Source: Mobula hypostoma (lineage: Eukaryota). Taken from it: a DNA stretch of 64,000 bases. This document shows, piece by piece, positions 60,392-64,000 of this stretch. Where the stretch lies: positions 13,642,001-13,706,000 of the forward strand of contig NC_086118.1 of assembly GCF_963921235.1 (NCBI RefSeq), read 5' to 3'. The stretch's first letter is position 1. Each line of letters opens with the position of its first letter. The notes beneath the pieces were generated by a model. It was not told where the DNA came from and did not search any database. It saw only the letters and a program-made list of their open reading frames with translations. Made by a program: the position numbers and the translations under genes.

Positions 60392-63022
60392 CACTCTGTG
60401 GCCACTTAAGTATACTGTACTTAATAAACTGGCCATTGAGTTGCTGTAGCCCATCCACTTCTAGATTTGAGACGTTGTGTATTCAGACATGATCTTCTGC
60501 ACACCCCTGTCGTAAAACATGGTTATTTGAGTTACAGTCACCTTTCTGTCAGCTTGAACCAGTCTGACCATTCTCCTCTGACTTGCCTCATTATTAAGAT
60601 GTTTTCACTCACAGAACTGCAGTTCACAGGATGTTTTGTTTTTTATCATACCATTCTCTGTCAACTTTAAAGACTACTGGGTGTGAAAATCCCAGTTTCT
60701 CAGATACTTAGTGTCACGGTCCAGTCCATGAAGTCCACATTCTGGTTCACGGTCCGGTCCATGGATTCTGTATTCCGGCTATTCTTTCTTTCCCTTGTTC
60801 CATTGGGCACCTTAATTGAGGTACCTAATTCTCATTTCGGGCTGGCAACGTAAATAGCTCTGTGATCCAGTGATTCTTTGCTGGACCATCCTCCTCAGTA
60901 ACCTCGTCAAGTTAACCCACCGAAGTGAGACTAGAGCCACTGTCTGTAGCTCCTGGGCTGCATCTAGGGCTTTTCATTACTTGGAACCACTTCATACCAA
61001 GATAAGAGAACTGTCTATTGTTGTGTGGTTTTGTTTCTCTGTGTTCTGTCCTCTGCTGGGTAGGTCTGGTCATTTGCCACTACCCTGAGTGGAGAATGGT
61101 CTCAGTGTTTTGTGTCCTGTGTCTAAGAAGAGTCCCAGCTCTATGCCCTGTGTCCAAGGAGGACCCCCAGCTCAGTGTTCCGTTTCCTGTATCTAAGTCA
61201 AGTCTGAGCCTAGTCCAAGTCAAAAGTTCCAAGTCCAAGTCGAGAGTCAAGTTCCAAGTCCAAGTCGAGAGTCAAGTCTGAGTCAAGTCCAAACCAAGTC
61301 GGAGTCCAGTCCAAGCCAAGTCCAAGTTCTGGTCAAGAGCCAAGTCTAGACCCAGGTACTGAGTCCCTGCCAAGACCCGAGTCCCGAGTCATGACCTGAG
61401 TTCCCTGTCAAGTTCAAGTCCCAAGTCCAAGTCCAGGTTTTCTGGTTTGTCACTCTACATCTACCTTTGTGTTATCATTTTGTCCTCGCTCCTTGGCTTC
61501 CCTAGCATTCTTAATAAACATAGTCAGGTTCCTAGTACTTCAGTGTCTGTGTCTTGCATTTGGGTCCGTTTCTATCGCCCCCTTATGACAGAATGGTCCA
61601 GCCAAACATGGACCTAGTGACACAGACACTGTCGGTAAACAGGGTCTTTGTCACTTGCCACCCAGGGTTCCCTCTTGTTGAAACCCCCCCCCTCCCGCTC
61701 GGGTCGTCAATAATCCCAGCAAGCCTTTTGGATCACCAGGAGGCTACCATAGCTGGGGGTGGGAATACTGTCACAGTCCGGTCCATGAAATCCGCATTCC
61801 GGTTCACGTTCCGGTCCATGGATTCCATATTCCAGCTATTCCTTTTTTCCCTTGTTCCGTTGGGCACCTTAATTGAGGCACCTGATTCTCGGTATGGGCT
61901 GGCAACATAAATAGCTCTGGGGTCCAGTGATTCCTTGCTGGACCATCCTAGGCAGTAACCATGGCAGTAACCTCGTCAAGTTAACCCACTGGAGTGAGAC
62001 TAGAGCTGCTGTCTGTAGTTCCTGGGCCACATCTAGGGCTTGCAGTTACTTGGAGCCACTTCATGTCAAGATAAGAGAACTGTCTATCATTGTGTAGTTT
62101 TGTCTCTCCATGTTGTCTCCTCCACTGGGTAGGTCTGGCCGTTTGCCACTACCTTGAGTGGAGAACGGTCTCAGTGTTTTGTGCCCTGTGTCTAAGTGGA
62201 GTCCCGGCTCTATGTCCTGTGTCCAAGGAGGAGCCCGGCTCAGTGTTCCATTTCCCGTGTCTAAGAAGAGTCCCGGCTCTATGTCCTGTGTCGGAGGAGG
62301 AGCCCCGGCTCAGTGCTCTGTGTCCTGTGTCTAAGAAGAGTCCCGGCTCTATGTCCTGTGACCAAGGAGGAGCCCCAGCTCAGTGTTCTGTGTCCTGTGT
62401 CTAAGTCAAGGGTCAAGTTCCAAGTCCAAGTCAAGAGCCAAGTCCAAGCCAAGTCCGAGTCAAGTCCAAGTCAAGTCCGAGCTAAGTCCGAGTCCAGTCC
62501 AAGCCAAGTCAGAGTTCAGACCAAGCCAAGTCCTAGTCCAGTCAAGAGCCAAGTCTAGACCCAGTTACCGAGTCCCTTCCAAGACCCGAGTCCCAAGACA
62601 TGACCTGAGTTCCCTGTCAAGTTCAAGTTCAAGTCTCAAATCCAAGTGCATGTTTTCCAGTTTGTCACTCTACGTCTACCTTCGAGTTATCATTTTGTCC
62701 TCACTGATTGGCTTCCCTAGCATTCTTAATAAACATAGTCAGGTTCCTAGTACTTCAGTGTCTGTGTCTTGCATTTGGATCCGCTTCCATCGCCCCCTTA
62801 TGACACTTCGATCTCCCCATCTGGCATGAAAAATTGTCCCATGGTCAAAGTCACTTAGATCAGAATTCTTCCCTATTCTGATGTTTGGTCTGAGCAACAA
62901 CTGAAAGTTCTGACTATGTATGCCTGCTTTTGTGCATTGAGTTGCTGCCACCTGATTGGCTGATTCGATACTTGCATTAATGATCAAGTGTACAGGTGTA
63001 CCTATACAGTGACTGCTGAGTG
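60392..63022 (-). mobile_element. Non-autonomous Tc1-like element (60392-60711 + 62811-63022) split by an LTR element
   Basis: Same family as 22959-23295; the sequence is continuous across the insertion; degenerate TIRs CACTCTGTGGCCACTT / CAGTGACTGCTGAGTG-TA. Confidence 0.8.
60712..62805 (+). mobile_element. Miniature non-coding LTR retrotransposon (sushi/chromovirus-like)
   Basis: LTR1 60712-61590 and LTR2 61769-62805 (TGTCA...TGACA); 178-bp internal region; PPT-like GGGGGTGGGAATAC; TSD CTTAG / CTTCG. Confidence 0.9.
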
Positions 63023-63580
63023 TATGTGGAAAAGAAAAGAAAATGTTGGTGAAAAATAAACCCAGCCATTATTGAATGCTACAGCAGACTCAATGGGCCA
63101 AATGGTCTTTACCCTGTGGTCTTCTGGGATCCTTGGATCTATGCAGTCCTATCAGTCTCATTTCTCCCTCTTATTTCCCCAGAATCTACACCCTCTCCTA
63201 TAAACGTCACTCCTCCCTGATTCTTCTGCTACCTACGTGATATTTATATTTCCTAGTTGACCTAACAACTTGCATATCTTTGGGATGTAGGAGGAAACTG
63301 GTACACCAGAAGGAAATCCACATGGTCACATGGAGAAGAGAAGAGACAAACACCACATAGACAGCACCAGAGCTGAGAATCACACTGGAATCTCTGGAGC
63401 AGCAGCATAGCAGAACTATTTGTTGCACCAGGCTACTGCCTTCCATCCAGGAATTCTCATGGGGAATCTGATTTTAAATTGAGGAACTTAATCATTTCCT
63501 GCTACTTTCTGATGCCCGGATGACTTGGTCTTTCCCCAGAAGCTCTCATCCTAATGAAACGTGAAGCTTAAAATGATCAT

Positions 63581-63771
63581 CAACAAGAGAAAATCTGCAA
63601 ATGCTGGAAATCCAAGCAACACACAAAAATGCTGATGGAACTCAGCTGGCCAGGCAGTATCTATGGAAACGAGTAAACAGCTGATGTTTCGTCCCGAAAC
63701 ATTGACTGTTACTCTTTTCAATTGATGCTGTCTGGATTACTGAGCTCCTCCAGCATTTGTGTGTATTGCTC
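63581..63771. mobile_element. Fold-back PLE-pLTR mini-element
   Basis: Inverted arms ~63615-63691 and ~63695-63770 with apex ATGTTTCG-TCC-CGAAACAT; possible degenerate TSD AATGATCAT / AATGATTAT. Confidence 0.8.
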
Positions 63772-64000
63772 ACAATGATTATAATCCTTTTACAAATGAC
63801 CTTGGAAACTATTTAGCATAAGAAGTTTTTTGCATCCTCAACGCAGATTATTAAAGATCATTAACTATTAATTTTGACTCGGCCTCTCACTAGGTGCTCA
63901 CTGAGCATCTGAAATTCCACAATTTGTCATTCAGTCCCTATTTCAACCAGTTCAAATTAGGAGTGATATATTACAGCTGAGCTAAAGGATCAGATTCCAC

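Larger units (their letters stand above)
59500..63125 (+). mobile_element. CR1 3' end split into three pieces (59500-59660, 60236-60390, 63025-63125) by nested insertions
   Basis: The pieces are colinear with the CR1 3' sequence seen at 38500-38900 (rc). Confidence 0.7.

Noticed and set aside
61018..62829. Ser/Lys/Gln/Val-rich ORFs and a CRISPR-like repeat appearance
   Set aside because: These arise from tandem repeats inside LTRs; no unique spacers, no cas genes, eukaryotic context.

Overview
Eukaryotic, repeat-dominated DNA with no confidently identifiable host gene. The repeat mix (CR1 LINEs with an SGNH-esterase ORF1, V-SINE/HE1-like and Deu-SINE-like SINEs, abundant Penelope-like elements, Rex1/Babar, RTE, Hero) suggests a cartilaginous fish (inference). 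Main components: (1) an apparently intact Penelope-like element (Neptune-type RT + GIY-YIG, 52295-55848, minus) with a minimal type-I hammerhead ribozyme (HHR), plus many short HHR-bearing or fold-back derivatives; (2) a near full-length CR1 (38474-42716) inserted into a Chapaev3-like DNA transposon; (3) an internally reduced Gmr1-like Gypsy element with two LTRs and a tRNA-Pro PBS (29970-34910); (4) a miniature two-LTR element with a 178-bp internal region and a Tf1/sushi-type self-priming signature (60712-62805), nested in a Tc1-like element inside a CR1; (5) a hAT MITE carrying a captured Gypsy 3' end (18103-19194). Most short ORFs in the track are TE fragments or spurious. All alignments and family calls were made by eye; no searches were run.
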